DNA of 64,000 nucleotides from the IMG/VR virus record IMGVR_UViG_3300044693_000247, positions 1-64,000 of that record. One strand, written 5' to 3'. The notes beneath the pieces were generated by a model that saw nothing but the letters and a program-made list of their open reading frames with translations, was not told the origin of the DNA and ran no database searches. The DNA is from a virus. Its lineage: Duplodnaviria; Caudoviricetes. Shown in pieces: positions 46,546 through 55,836 of the stretch. Numbering within the stretch: the stretch's first letter is position 1; each line of letters begins with the position of its first letter. Position numbers and translations under genes: made by a program.

Positions 46546-46598
46546 CGCCCCCACGCTGGCCCCGGTGGCAACACCGGGGCGGGCGCGGCGGAATCAGC
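46543..46598 (+). repeat. Structured intergenic repeat, copy 2
   Basis: TGACGCCCCCACGCTGG-[CCCCGGTG GCAA CACCGGGG]-CGGGCGCGGCGGAATCAGC. Confidence 0.85.
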
Positions 46599-46615
46599 CG
46601 AGAGGAGATGAGACG

Positions 46616-46873
46616 ATGACGACGATCCCGCACACGACAGGCAACGCCGCTCCGGACGGAGCGCGTCCACGATTCTTCGCCAACGCCCGCAAGGCGCTGG
46701 TCGAGCGCTACACCGCCGACGGATGGGTGAGCGAGGAGAAGCCGATCTACTTCGACGCGCGCGACGTCGATGATTGGCGCGATCGGTCTGCCGTCGCCAA
46801 GGCGCTGGGCCTGCACAACGGCAGCGAAGGGCTCTGGATCGGCAAGCGCATCGTGGCTTTCGTCGAATCGTAA
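46616..46873 (+). CDS. Hypothetical protein
   Basis: RBS GAGGAG. Confidence 0.65.
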   Translation: MTTIPHTTGNAAPDGARPRFFANARKALVERYTADGWVSEEKPIYFDARDVDDWRDRSAVAKALGLHNGSEGLWIGKRIVAFVES

Positions 46874-47217
46874 CCACCACATCCCCGCGCCGTGCGCTCG
46901 CAGATCGCCTCCGCCTTGCCCTCCTGACCCCCTCTCCTGTAGCTTCCCGGGCCGTGTCCCGGGAGCCGGACGAAACCGACGCGCACGCCGAGAGACTTCG
47001 GCGCGAGGTAGAGCGCTGGCGGTCGGGGCTCCGGAAGATCGTCGAGGAGGCATCCGCCGACGCGCTAAAGGCGCTGGAGACCGGGGACGCGGCCCGGGCG
47101 GCTGAGGCGATGGCCAGGGCCGGCGATGCGCTCCGCCGCTCTGCGATCGTGATCTCGTCCGTTACGAGGTCTGCCAGCCTCTTGACATCTGAACACGGAG
47201 CCGACACAGTCAACACG

Positions 47218-47511
47218 ATGGACGCGATCTCAACCGATGCCCTCCGCAGCAGGTCCGCGCTCTCCGAGGATGCGCTCAAGCACGCCTTCGTTCGGGCGTT
47301 CACGGACAAGGGCGAGAAGATCGCCGACATCGCGAAGTGGCTCGAGGAGAAGCTCAAGAGGCGCGTCCCACGCTCGACCGTGCAGAGCTGGTACAAGGAC
47401 CCATCCGACCCGGCATACCGGCCGATCCCGGAGGATGCAGAGGAACTGATCCGGGCCAGGTACCGGATCCCGCGCTCGTCCTGGCATCGCATCCAGGCGA
47501 AACGCCGCTAG
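47218..47511 (+). CDS. HTH DNA-binding protein (start uncertain; the frame is open from 46774)
   Basis: IADIAKWLEEKLKRRVPRSTVQSW HTH-like; TTGACA-N17-CACAGT at 47182-47210. Confidence 0.6.
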   Translation: MDAISTDALRSRSALSEDALKHAFVRAFTDKGEKIADIAKWLEEKLKRRVPRSTVQSWYKDPSDPAYRPIPEDAEELIRARYRIPRSSWHRIQAKRR

Positions 47512-47555
47512 AAATCGGGGTCTGAGGGAAATCGTACAGACGTGCTCATTTTGTG

Positions 47556-47583
47556 TTGACTCCGTGTTGAGCGCGAGTAGACT
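47556..47583 (+). promoter_or_regulatory. Sigma70-type early promoter
   Basis: TTGACT-N16-TAGACT. Confidence 0.7.
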
Positions 47584-47614
47584 AGACACAGATCGAGCAC
47601 AGGAGGGTGAGGAC

Positions 47615-48088
47615 ATGACTACGACGCCAGCGCCGACCGCCGAGACGAACCGCAACGCCGCCAACACGAATGCCTCCGACGAGGTTCCGCTCAAGGTCCG
47701 GATCATGGGCGCGATGGTCCGCGCCAAGGCCGAGCGGATCCCGCTCATGATCGGGGTGACGGGCCACGGCGTGGTCTGTACCTCGACGCTCGGGTCTCCG
47801 CGCTGGGAGCGCGACCCGAACCAGGCCGGGTGCGACCCGATCGGCTGCCTGATTCTCCAGGAGCAGCCCGAGGCGACCGACATCGAGGCAGCGGCGGTCG
47901 AGGTCACCCGCACGAACCCGCTCTGGGTCGAGGCGTTCCTCTGCGGCCTCGAGAAGCGGGGGCGCGAGGGCGGCGAGCAGCTCGCGCCGCACGAGCTGCG
48001 CTGGGTCCTGCAGGGCTGGGAGGACGGCTCCGTGATCCGGATGGCGATCGCGGGGATGTTCGGTGGCCGGCTGCCGAGGGTGGGGTGA
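47615..48088 (+). CDS. Hypothetical protein (similar to the 63346 and 63750 ORFs)
   Basis: RBS AGGAGG; GCDPIGC...FLCGLE. Confidence 0.7.
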   Translation: MTTTPAPTAETNRNAANTNASDEVPLKVRIMGAMVRAKAERIPLMIGVTGHGVVCTSTLGSPRWERDPNQAGCDPIGCLILQEQPEATDIEAAAVEVTRTNPLWVEAFLCGLEKRGREGGEQLAPHELRWVLQGWEDGSVIRMAIAGMFGGRLPRVG

Positions 48089-48094
48089 GGGGCC

Positions 48095-48526
48095 GTGACG
48101 AACACGGAGAACACGACGGTGAAGCGGAAGCTGTCGGCGAAGGCGATTGAGGCCCTGGGCAAGCTCATGTCCGCGCCCCGAAACCGCCTGCACGGCAAAG
48201 ACGGCTGGGTAAACGGCAACGTGTGGAACGCCATGCTCACCAACGGGCTCGTGGCATGGGACAAGCCCGCTCGCGAGACCGTGCTCATGGAGAAGGGGCG
48301 GCAGGCATTCGCGGTCGGGTACTTCATGGCTGAGAGGCACTGCGCCCGGTGCGGCGATACCGACGATCTGACCATGTCAGGCGGACTTACCGTGTGCTGG
48401 CCATGTCGGTGTCAAGCCGAGGGCTTGTGTACCACGTGCCGCGGCGAGCGCGACGTTCCATGGCAAGACGGCAGCAGCAAGCGTGCCCCATGCGACGACT
48501 GCAACGTCGGAAAGGAGTCCCGCTAA
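48095..48526 (+). CDS. Winged-helix-like plus Zn-finger hypothetical protein
   Basis: KLSAKAIEAL...NVWNAMLTNGLV...LMEKGR; several CxxC. Confidence 0.6.
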   Translation: MTNTENTTVKRKLSAKAIEALGKLMSAPRNRLHGKDGWVNGNVWNAMLTNGLVAWDKPARETVLMEKGRQAFAVGYFMAERHCARCGDTDDLTMSGGLTVCWPCRCQAEGLCTTCRGERDVPWQDGSSKRAPCDDCNVGKESR

Positions 48527-48879
48527 TGCAACTCGACGTCGACCACTTCGTGGTGACCGACGAGGAGCGCGAGGCGTCCGCCTGCCCGCTCTGCGGTGGT
48601 CCGTTGGTCGAGAGGCACGCCCCGGGGACTCCGATCGACGGGAGGAACGTGGTCGGGGTGGTGTGCCGGGACTGCTCGGCGATCCCGTGCGGGTGCTGCG
48701 GGGTGGTCTCCGACGATGTGAACCGGATCGGGCTCTGCGGTGGGTGCCGGGAGACGTGCGCGATCTGCGGACCGTCCGGCGAGGACGTGAACGAGAACGG
48801 GCTGTGCGCTGACTGCCAGGCCGAGGTGGACAGGCCGGATGCGGACGATAGGGCGGCGGCGGAAGGGACGGTGGCGTAG
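48526..48879 (+). CDS. Cys-rich Zn-finger protein
   Basis: Six CxxC-type motifs. Confidence 0.65.
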   Translation: MQLDVDHFVVTDEEREASACPLCGGPLVERHAPGTPIDGRNVVGVVCRDCSAIPCGCCGVVSDDVNRIGLCGGCRETCAICGPSGEDVNENGLCADCQAEVDRPDADDRAAAEGTVA

Positions 48880-48881
48880 CC

Positions 48882-49325
48882 ATGGCCGAGATGACGAAGT
48901 CCCAGCGTGCCCGGTGGCGGAACCGCATGCGGAAGGCCGGTGACGCGCTGGACACCCTCCGCCACTACCTCGAGGCGGCGCTTGAAGTCTGCCCGGTCCG
49001 CGAGCCCGGCGCGCACGAGAGCAAGCAGGAGGAGTGCGAGGCGCTGGCCGCCGATGCGGTTCGCGACGCGCTCGGAGCGGCCGAGGGCGTCAAGGGTCTC
49101 CTCGGCGAAGCCTGGACGCAATACCGCTGGGAGGAGCACCGAGCGCAACGGGACGCGGGCGTGATCCTGGCGCGGGCGTTCGCGATCGCCTGCACGGGGT
49201 GCGGAGCCGCCAAGCGGACGCCCTGCAGCGTCCATCCCGTCGCGTGCGCCGAGCGGGTGCTAGCCGGGAAGGCGGCGTGGGATGCCGAGGTCGCTGCGGC
49301 GACGGAAGGGAGAGAGGGAACGTGA
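48882..49325 (+). CDS. Hypothetical Zn-finger protein (paralogue of 59910-60383)
   Basis: ESKQEECEALAA...AFAIACTGC...PCSVHPVACAER. Confidence 0.7.
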   Translation: MAEMTKSQRARWRNRMRKAGDALDTLRHYLEAALEVCPVREPGAHESKQEECEALAADAVRDALGAAEGVKGLLGEAWTQYRWEEHRAQRDAGVILARAFAIACTGCGAAKRTPCSVHPVACAERVLAGKAAWDAEVAAATEGREGT

Positions 49326-49699
49326 GCACCGACGAGAACAAATGGCCCTTGAACAACGCCTACGGCAATGAGCTAGGCATCACGATCGGCGTCCTTCTCG
49401 CGTCGGCTGGCGATCGGGTCCTGTGTTTTTGGCTTCCAGGCGAGGGCGTAAGTGTCACGGGGAAGGTGCGCCGCGTCGCATCTGACAACGTGATCGTCGA
49501 AAGCCCGGAGGGTCGACTTGGCGTAATTCCGATCGCGAAGATCGAATACATCACTGAGAGAAGCGACACCGACCATTGCGTCCAGGTCAGGCGCATCGTG
49601 GACGCGGGCGTGTTCTGCGGGCAGACGTGCCTCGCGGCGTACCTGGCGGGTGACCTCGCGGCGCCGATCGTCGAGGACAAGGCGGAGGCGTCGTCGTGA
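49322..49699 (+). CDS. Hypothetical protein with Sm/LSm-like motif
   Basis: VTGKVRRVASDNVIVE...VIPIAKIEYI. Confidence 0.55.
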   Translation: MSTDENKWPLNNAYGNELGITIGVLLASAGDRVLCFWLPGEGVSVTGKVRRVASDNVIVESPEGRLGVIPIAKIEYITERSDTDHCVQVRRIVDAGVFCGQTCLAAYLAGDLAAPIVEDKAEASS

Positions 49700-50190
49700 G
49701 TCCGACCCCCGAACAGCTCATGGTCTGGACGTACCAGGACCACCGAGCCGGAGAGCATGAGGACCCCGTGCGCAATCCGGAGTGCCCGTGGTGCGCGGCG
49801 AAGGTGCGACATGAAGATCCGCCGCCACCGCCGGTCAGCGTTGTGAACGCCCGCCTCCGCGAGCTGGCGAAGCACGTCCGCACGTACCACGGTCGGCCGG
49901 GGTCGGTGTTCGGCGAGCCCCGCGTGCTCCGCGAGATCTGCCGCCTGCTCGGAATCCCGGCGGGCGATTGCCGACACGGACGCGTGTTCCTGTTCGACAC
50001 GAACCTCCAGCGGCTCGGGCTGCCGACGTCGACCGAGGTGATCGTTTCGCGCGCCCTCTCCCCCGCCGAGCACTTCCGCCGCCGAGTGCCGCCGTACCCG
50101 CCGATCCTCGAGCCGCCGGCGCTGGGCGTGGTTCCGGTGGGGGCGGACGAGACGTGGGCGCACCTGGCGCCGGGGGAAGTGCTGCCGTGA
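49696..50190 (+). CDS. Hypothetical protein
   Basis: GTGA coupling. Confidence 0.55.
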   Translation: MSPTPEQLMVWTYQDHRAGEHEDPVRNPECPWCAAKVRHEDPPPPPVSVVNARLRELAKHVRTYHGRPGSVFGEPRVLREICRLLGIPAGDCRHGRVFLFDTNLQRLGLPTSTEVIVSRALSPAEHFRRRVPPYPPILEPPALGVVPVGADETWAHLAPGEVLP

Positions 50191-50411
50191 GCACCGCTGT
50201 GAAAGAGAACCGCAACGGACTCAAGCTTCTGTGCGATTACGCGCACTGCTCGCCCCGGGCCGAGTTCCGTCCGCGGCTGCGAATCACGGACGCCGAGTAC
50301 CTCAGGAGGCGCGCGAGGGCGCAGGGGTGGCTGGCGACGATGTCCAGGGTGACGCCCGGCCTGATTCTGGACATGTGCCCCGAGCACGCGGAGGTGGGCC
50401 GTGGCCGGTGA
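50187..50411 (+). CDS. Small Zn-finger protein
   Basis: CD..C...GW...DMCPEH. Confidence 0.65.
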   Translation: MSTAVKENRNGLKLLCDYAHCSPRAEFRPRLRITDAEYLRRRARAQGWLATMSRVTPGLILDMCPEHAEVGRGR

Positions 50412-50682
50412 GGGCGAACGATGGGAGGACCGGGCGCGCAAGCAAGCTCCGGCGGCGTTCAATCGCTGGTCGTCGATCAACTACGTGGCGCAACTCTATC
50501 GGGCGCTGGCCGCCGCCCAGGCAAAGGTAGTCCGCATGTCCATGAGGAATGCAGATCTGCCGCGCGGGGCGAGCAGCGCCACGGTGTCGATTTCGGGCGC
50601 ACGTTGGACGCGAGCGTTAGAGGCGCGGGACCGGATCGAAAAGACGATCGCCGAGACTCGAGCGCGGGAGCGGCTGCCGTGA
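50401..50682 (+). CDS. Hypothetical protein
   Basis: Within a coupled early operon. Confidence 0.5.
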   Translation: MAGEGERWEDRARKQAPAAFNRWSSINYVAQLYRALAAAQAKVVRMSMRNADLPRGASSATVSISGARWTRALEARDRIEKTIAETRARERLP

Positions 50683-50773
50683 TCCACCTGCTCCTCCGGC
50701 TCTGCTGGGGATGCACGCGAGGGCTCGACGAGTCGTGCGAGGAGCGAACGGAGCCCGCGATCAGGAGGTCACC

Positions 50774-51076
50774 ATGATCCCGCTCGGCAAACGCGGAACG
50801 AAGATCCACGTCCAGCGCAAGGCCGCCAGCCCGTGCCCGAACTGCGGTGCCGACCGCGTGCTCTACGACGGTGGACCTGACGGCGCGCTGGAGGTCTGCG
50901 AGCGGTGCGGTGCGAAGTCGGACGCCGTGCCGGCGGAGCGCGCTCGCGAGGTCACGATCGAGATCGAGGCCGAGCCGCCTGGGCTGGCGTGGGACGAGCA
51001 CGAGGCGACCACCGACGTGAACAGCCCGCGCGTGGGGCTGCTGCTCAAGTCGCGTGACCCCGAGGGATGGACATGA
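50774..51076 (+). CDS. Zn-ribbon protein
   Basis: CPNCG and CERCG; RBS AGGAGG. Confidence 0.65.
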   Translation: MIPLGKRGTKIHVQRKAASPCPNCGADRVLYDGGPDGALEVCERCGAKSDAVPAERAREVTIEIEAEPPGLAWDEHEATTDVNSPRVGLLLKSRDPEGWT

Positions 51077-51261
51077 GGCGCGCTGTCGAAATCTCCGGCG
51101 TTCGCATGGGCAAGGACCCGCGTCCGATCGCGCTCCCGCAGTGCGATTGCGGCACGTTCTACCCGCCGAGCGAGGACCGCTGCAGGTGCTGGCCGTGCAC
51201 CCAGCGATGGGAGGCGAGGATGCGCCGGATCGCGGGCGAGCGAAAGGGGGCGGATTCGTGA
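51073..51261 (+). CDS. Small Cys-rich protein
   Basis: CDCG and CWPC. Confidence 0.55.
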   Translation: MRRAVEISGVRMGKDPRPIALPQCDCGTFYPPSEDRCRCWPCTQRWEARMRRIAGERKGADS

Positions 51262-51479
51262 CCGCCGCCGTCGACATGGTAGCGACCGCCCCGCCGCGCG
51301 GGCCGTCGAAGTTCGACAAGTCGGCACCGCGCTGGGCCGAGATCTATCGCCACTTGTCGGCCGCGCGCCAGCGCCAGGTGGAGTTCTCGGCGCGGCTCGC
51401 TGGGGTCACCGTCCGCGACTACATCGAGGGCCGGGTGGCGCACGTCCGGAGCCTCCTCGCCCGGGGCGTGATCCGATGA
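51258..51479 (+). CDS. Hypothetical protein
   Basis: GTGA coupling. Confidence 0.5.
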   Translation: MTAAVDMVATAPPRGPSKFDKSAPRWAEIYRHLSAARQRQVEFSARLAGVTVRDYIEGRVAHVRSLLARGVIR

Positions 51480-51898
51480 TGCCGATCTCGCGTCGCTTCC
51501 TCCGCATGGTCGCCGGCGATCTCCGGCGTGCTCTCCAAGCTCTATCGGCAGGCGATGCCTGCGCCGCCCTGACAGCCTGGGGAGACGCCAGGGTGGTAGC
51601 GAGCCTGGCATTCGCGCACTACGGCCAGTCGGCGTCTCTGACCAGGCTGCAACGCATTGCCGAGAACCTGCGCCGCTCGATCTGCGCGGAGGTGCAGGCG
51701 GTCCCGAAGGCGAGGCCACTCCCGATCGCAACCGCCGAGGACATCGCGATCGTGGTCCGCCAGATCATCGAGACGCTGAACACCCGCGAGGGGTACCTCA
51801 TCCCGGAGCGCCTCCTCGATGAGCGGGCCCGGAACGGAGCGCAGGCGATGCTGGGGGCGTTCGAGGTGCGGATACTGCCGCCGGTGGCGGGAGGGTGA
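51476..51898 (+). CDS. Hypothetical protein
   Basis: Coupled ORF; LLDERARN. Confidence 0.6.
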   Translation: MMPISRRFLRMVAGDLRRALQALSAGDACAALTAWGDARVVASLAFAHYGQSASLTRLQRIAENLRRSICAEVQAVPKARPLPIATAEDIAIVVRQIIETLNTREGYLIPERLLDERARNGAQAMLGAFEVRILPPVAGG

Positions 51899-52386
51899 TG
51901 ATGGGCTGGATCAACGAAGACCACCCGGGACACGAGGGCTACCTGGTCGCGCTGGTAGAGGTCGAGCCGCCGGTCATCGCATGCTCGCGTGGTTCGAGGA
52001 CGGCGGAGCGCCACCAGGCCGTGCACCAGTGCCCGCTGCGCAAGAGGATCGGCGGACCATGCGTGCCGGCGAAGCGCGGTTCCGGAAGCGAGAACCGCGA
52101 AGCGTGGTACCGATGGCTCTCTCGCCACCCGCAGTGGCGCGAGCTGCGCTACGCCGACGAGCCGCCGCGTGAGGAACGGAAGATCTTCCGCGTCCAGGTC
52201 GCGTGTGACTGCGGATGGCGCTCCCAGGTGTTGCGGGCGCCGTTCGGAACCACCTGGTCGCCGTCGGTGGTTTGGCTTCCCGAGGCGTCCGTGCACGCCG
52301 AAGCGTGGGAGGAGGCTGCGCGGAAGCTGTGGGGCGAGCACGCGAGGGCGGGCCTGCCGGAGCCGCTGGCGGCGATTGGAGGCTGA
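51898..52386 (+). CDS. Hypothetical protein
   Basis: HEGY...CDCGWRS...W.EH motif. Confidence 0.65.
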   Translation: MMGWINEDHPGHEGYLVALVEVEPPVIACSRGSRTAERHQAVHQCPLRKRIGGPCVPAKRGSGSENREAWYRWLSRHPQWRELRYADEPPREERKIFRVQVACDCGWRSQVLRAPFGTTWSPSVVWLPEASVHAEAWEEAARKLWGEHARAGLPEPLAAIGG

Positions 52387-52389
52387 CCG

Positions 52390-53343
52390 ATGTCGAACGA
52401 GATCGAGTTGAAGGACTACGGAGATCGCGATTCCTGGCTTGCCGCGCGCGCGCAGGGGATCGGCGCCAGCGAGGCGGCGGCGCTGTTCTTCGATGCCGAC
52501 GGGCGGTGCATGTCGCCGTTCCAGTCGGCATACGCGCTGTGGCTGGAGAAGACCGGCCAACTCCCTTCGCTCGAGATCGACGGCGAGTGGTTGGAATGGG
52601 GCCAACTGCTCGAGGAGCCGATCGCGCGACGCTACGAGCGCGTGACCGGGCGCCGCATCTGGCAGGGCGGACCGTTCTGCGTCGCCGTACACCCGGAGAT
52701 CCCGTTCATGCGTGCGACGCCGGACCGCTGGGTGATCGAGGCCCCCGATCGCGGTGGCGCCGGCCTGCTCCAGGTGAAGAACACCCATGCCTTCGCCCGC
52801 CACGACTGGGACCAGGGGCCGCCGGCGTTCATTCAGATCCAGGTCCAGCACGAAATGGCGGTGACCGGACGCGACTGGGACTCGGTCGCGGTGCTCATTG
52901 GCGGCAACGAGTACCGGCACTTCGACGTCGACCGGAACGACGACTTCGCCTGCGAGCTGGTGGAGCAGGTGCGCTGGTTCTGGGGCCTGGTCGAGAGCGG
53001 AACACCGCCGCCGATTGACGGCAGCGAGCACACCCTGGCCGCCATCAAACGCCTGCATGCCGCGGATAACGGCGACGAGGTTCGCCTGCCCGATGAGGCG
53101 ATCGCGTGGTGGGAGGAGATCGAACGCGCCAGGGCCGAAGAGAAGGCTGCCAAGGAAGCGAAGATTGCCGCCGAGAACAAGCTGCGCGCCGCGATCGGAT
53201 CCGCCACCTTCGGCGCGCTTCCGGACGGGCGACGCCTGAGTCTCAAGACGCAAGAGGGAGGCGGCTACGCCTCGAAGGTGGAGCGGTACACGTACAGAAC
53301 CCTGCGCCTCGAGAAGGCGCCGACGAAAGCGAGGAAGCGATGA
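52390..53343 (+). CDS. YqaJ / lambda-exonuclease family viral recombinase
   Basis: WLAARAQGIGASE, WGQLLEEPIARRY, ATPDRW, QVKNT, QVQHEMAV. Confidence 0.93.
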   Translation: MSNEIELKDYGDRDSWLAARAQGIGASEAAALFFDADGRCMSPFQSAYALWLEKTGQLPSLEIDGEWLEWGQLLEEPIARRYERVTGRRIWQGGPFCVAVHPEIPFMRATPDRWVIEAPDRGGAGLLQVKNTHAFARHDWDQGPPAFIQIQVQHEMAVTGRDWDSVAVLIGGNEYRHFDVDRNDDFACELVEQVRWFWGLVESGTPPPIDGSEHTLAAIKRLHAADNGDEVRLPDEAIAWWEEIERARAEEKAAKEAKIAAENKLRAAIGSATFGALPDGRRLSLKTQEGGGYASKVERYTYRTLRLEKAPTKARKR

Positions 53344-54533
53344 CCACGGGAAACGGGAACGGCAAGCAGCAGGAGCCGAAGACGTTGATGGTGCCGCAGG
53401 CGGGTGAGGTTGCGCGGCAGGAGTTCGGCGCCCAGCAGCTCGCCGTCACGGGAGAGTTGGCGTCGGCCGCGATGGCCACGCAGGCGCGAGCCGCAATCGA
53501 AGCCCGCTATGTGATGGCCCTGCAGCGACCCCGCGATCTCATGGTAGCGAGGAGCAAGCTTCTCAAGGACTGCAGCCGGCCGGCGTTCGCGGACGCCGCG
53601 ATCTATCGCAAGCCGGTTGGTGACGGCATCGAGGGTCCGAGCATTCGCTTGGCCGAGGCCGCCGCGCGCGCGATGACCAACATCGACACGTCGACCACCG
53701 TGCTTTACGACGACGCGAAGAAGCGGATCTTTCGCGTGTCGGCGACTGACCTCGAGAGCAACTTGACGTTTACCAAGGACGTCACCTTCTCGAAGACCAT
53801 GGAACGATCGAGTCTTCGTCAGGGCCAGGTGCCGATCAGCAGCCGCATGAACTCTCGCGGTAAGGTGACCTACCTCGTAGCAGCCGAGACCGACGACGAC
53901 ATCCTGAATACCGAGAACGCGCTGGCGTCGAAGGCGTTGCGCGTGTGCCTCCTGCGCCTCATTCCCGGCGACATCCTCGACGAGGCGATGCGCGAGGCTT
54001 ACGCCACCCTGGAGAAGAACATCAAAGAGGACCCCGACGCCGCCATCAAGAAGATGTGCGATCGGTTCGAACTGGAGCTCGGAATCACGGCGGCCCAGAT
54101 CAAGGACTACCTCGGGCACCCGATCGGCGAAACGACCGTCGCGGAAATCGCGGTCATGCGCAAGGTGTTCAACGCGCTTTCCGACGGAGAAACGAATTGG
54201 TCCGAAGTCATGCAGAACAAGGGTTCAGCGCCGCAGACCAAGCCTAAGGACGACGCGGAGAAGAAGGCCGAGGACCAGCAACCGGCGTCGAACGGTGCGC
54301 AGTCGACCGCGACCCAGGATGCACCGGGACAGCAGCAGCCTGCGGCGTCGACCAGCGGATCCAGGGCCGGCGGGCGCGGACAGCAGAACCTCTCCGATGT
54401 CGCCCGCTCCACGCGAGCGCGCCGCGAGTCAGCCGCGCAGCCCCCGGCGGCTCCGCCGGAAGACCGCGGCGACGATCCGATGGACAGCAACCCGAACTGG
54501 GACCCGGGCCGCGACACCAAGGTGGACGAGTAG
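53340..54533 (+). CDS. Putative single-strand annealing (RecT-role) protein
   Basis: Directly after YqaJ; AAIEARYVMALQRPRD, IEGPSIRLAE, SKALRVCLLRLIPGD; disordered C-terminus. Confidence 0.6.
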   Translation: MTTGNGNGKQQEPKTLMVPQAGEVARQEFGAQQLAVTGELASAAMATQARAAIEARYVMALQRPRDLMVARSKLLKDCSRPAFADAAIYRKPVGDGIEGPSIRLAEAAARAMTNIDTSTTVLYDDAKKRIFRVSATDLESNLTFTKDVTFSKTMERSSLRQGQVPISSRMNSRGKVTYLVAAETDDDILNTENALASKALRVCLLRLIPGDILDEAMREAYATLEKNIKEDPDAAIKKMCDRFELELGITAAQIKDYLGHPIGETTVAEIAVMRKVFNALSDGETNWSEVMQNKGSAPQTKPKDDAEKKAEDQQPASNGAQSTATQDAPGQQQPAASTSGSRAGGRGQQNLSDVARSTRARRESAAQPPAAPPEDRGDDPMDSNPNWDPGRDTKVDE

Positions 54534-54546
54534 CAGCGGACCACCC

Positions 54547-54726
54547 GTGCTCTACGTCGTCCTCCAACTCCTCCGCGCCGACGCCGACCGGGTGACCGTC
54601 ACGGCTGCGTTCGGTGCGTTCGAGACGCCGGAGGAAGCCGAGCGCCGATTCCAATCAGAGCGCCTCATCGCTCCCGCTGGAGCCCATCACACGATTGTGG
54701 AGGTCGAACCGCCTCCGACCGAATGA
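54547..54726 (+). CDS. Small hypothetical protein
   Basis: GAFETPEEAE motif. Confidence 0.45.
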   Translation: MLYVVLQLLRADADRVTVTAAFGAFETPEEAERRFQSERLIAPAGAHHTIVEVEPPPTE

Positions 54727-54835
54727 CCCGATTCCCCCGTCCGCGGGCGCTCCGCCCGCTCCTCCCCCCAAACCCACCCGGGGTGGGGCGCCCGCGGCGA
54801 GGGGATCAAACGCAGCGACAGACGAAAGGACACCG

Positions 54836-55039
54836 ATGCCCGCGACCAAGAAAAAGTGCCGACGCAACCACCCGCTCACGAAGGCCAACGTCTACGTCCA
54901 GATCAACGCCTACCGTCGGCGCAACGGCGAGATCGTCGAGCGCAAGGCGAAGGTCTGCCGCAAGTGCCGCGCCCTGATCGCCGCCCGCAGGGCGAAGGGG
55001 CTGCCCGTCAAGGACATGCGGCGCGAGAGGAGGAAGTAG
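54836..55039 (+). CDS. Small Zn-finger protein
   Basis: CRRNHP...NVY...VCRKC; RBS AAGGA. Confidence 0.7.
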   Translation: MPATKKKCRRNHPLTKANVYVQINAYRRRNGEIVERKAKVCRKCRALIAARRAKGLPVKDMRRERRK

Positions 55040-55041
55040 TC

Positions 55042-55836
55042 GTGGCCGATCTCGCTAGCCTCGTCAAGAAGGGATCGCCAGCCGCGTGGCCGCACGAGCT
55101 GACGATCGTCACCGACCCCCGCGATCCGCTCTGCGACGTGGAGCGGCTCGAGCTGCCCGTCACCGACGAACGGATCATCAACTTCGCCGTCCGCGGCCAG
55201 ATCCAGCCGATCGTGGTCAGGCTCCGCGACGACAAGCTCGTCATCGTCGCCGGGCGTCAGCGGTGGAAGCGCGCCACCGTGATCAACCACCTGGCCGGCG
55301 TGCACATCTACAAGGGGCCGATCAAGGCCGTGCACGAGGCGATCGCGCGACTCAAGGACACCGACGTCGAGAAGCGGATCGTCGAGAAGTGCCCGAAGGG
55401 CGTGAAGCTCAAGATCACGGTCCACCGCGGCTCCGAGGCAGAGGCGGCGCACGCCTCGCTGTCCGAGAACGAGCAGCGCGACGAGGACCCGATGATCGCG
55501 AAGATCCAGCGCGCGCAGCGGCTCTCGCGCAACGGATTCACGGACGAGGACCTGGCCGACGATTTCGGCGTGGGCGTGCCCACCGTCAGGCGGTGGCTGG
55601 CGCGGGACCTCGACAAGCCGCAGGCGCCGAAGAAGAAGCGCGGCAAGGCGACCAGGCCGGGGCTGCAGCGGCTCAAGAAGCTGGTGGCGGCCGAGCACTT
55701 CGGCGGCCTGCCGGACGAGACCCAGCGCGTGCTGCGGTGGGTGGCGGGCGAGATCGACGACGATGCGCTGCTCAAGGGCTGGCCGGCGATGGCGCGGGTG
55801 CTGGGGGCAACCACGAAGGAAAGGACCGCAGCATGA
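55042..55836 (+). CDS. ParB/Srx N-terminal domain protein with HTH
   Basis: GQIQPIVVR...IVAGRQRWKRA, SENEQR, LADDFGVGVPTVRRWL. Confidence 0.85.
   Translation: MADLASLVKKGSPAAWPHELTIVTDPRDPLCDVERLELPVTDERIINFAVRGQIQPIVVRLRDDKLVIVAGRQRWKRATVINHLAGVHIYKGPIKAVHEAIARLKDTDVEKRIVEKCPKGVKLKITVHRGSEAEAAHASLSENEQRDEDPMIAKIQRAQRLSRNGFTDEDLADDFGVGVPTVRRWLARDLDKPQAPKKKRGKATRPGLQRLKKLVAAEHFGGLPDETQRVLRWVAGEIDDDALLKGWPAMARVLGATTKERTAA

Noticed and set aside
46089-46598. Repeat pair as a mini-CRISPR array for the Cas12m-like fragment
   Set aside because: There are only two copies, separated by a whole gene of about 400 bp, with a variable interior. They lie over 4 kb from the fragment and do not follow repeat-spacer geometry.
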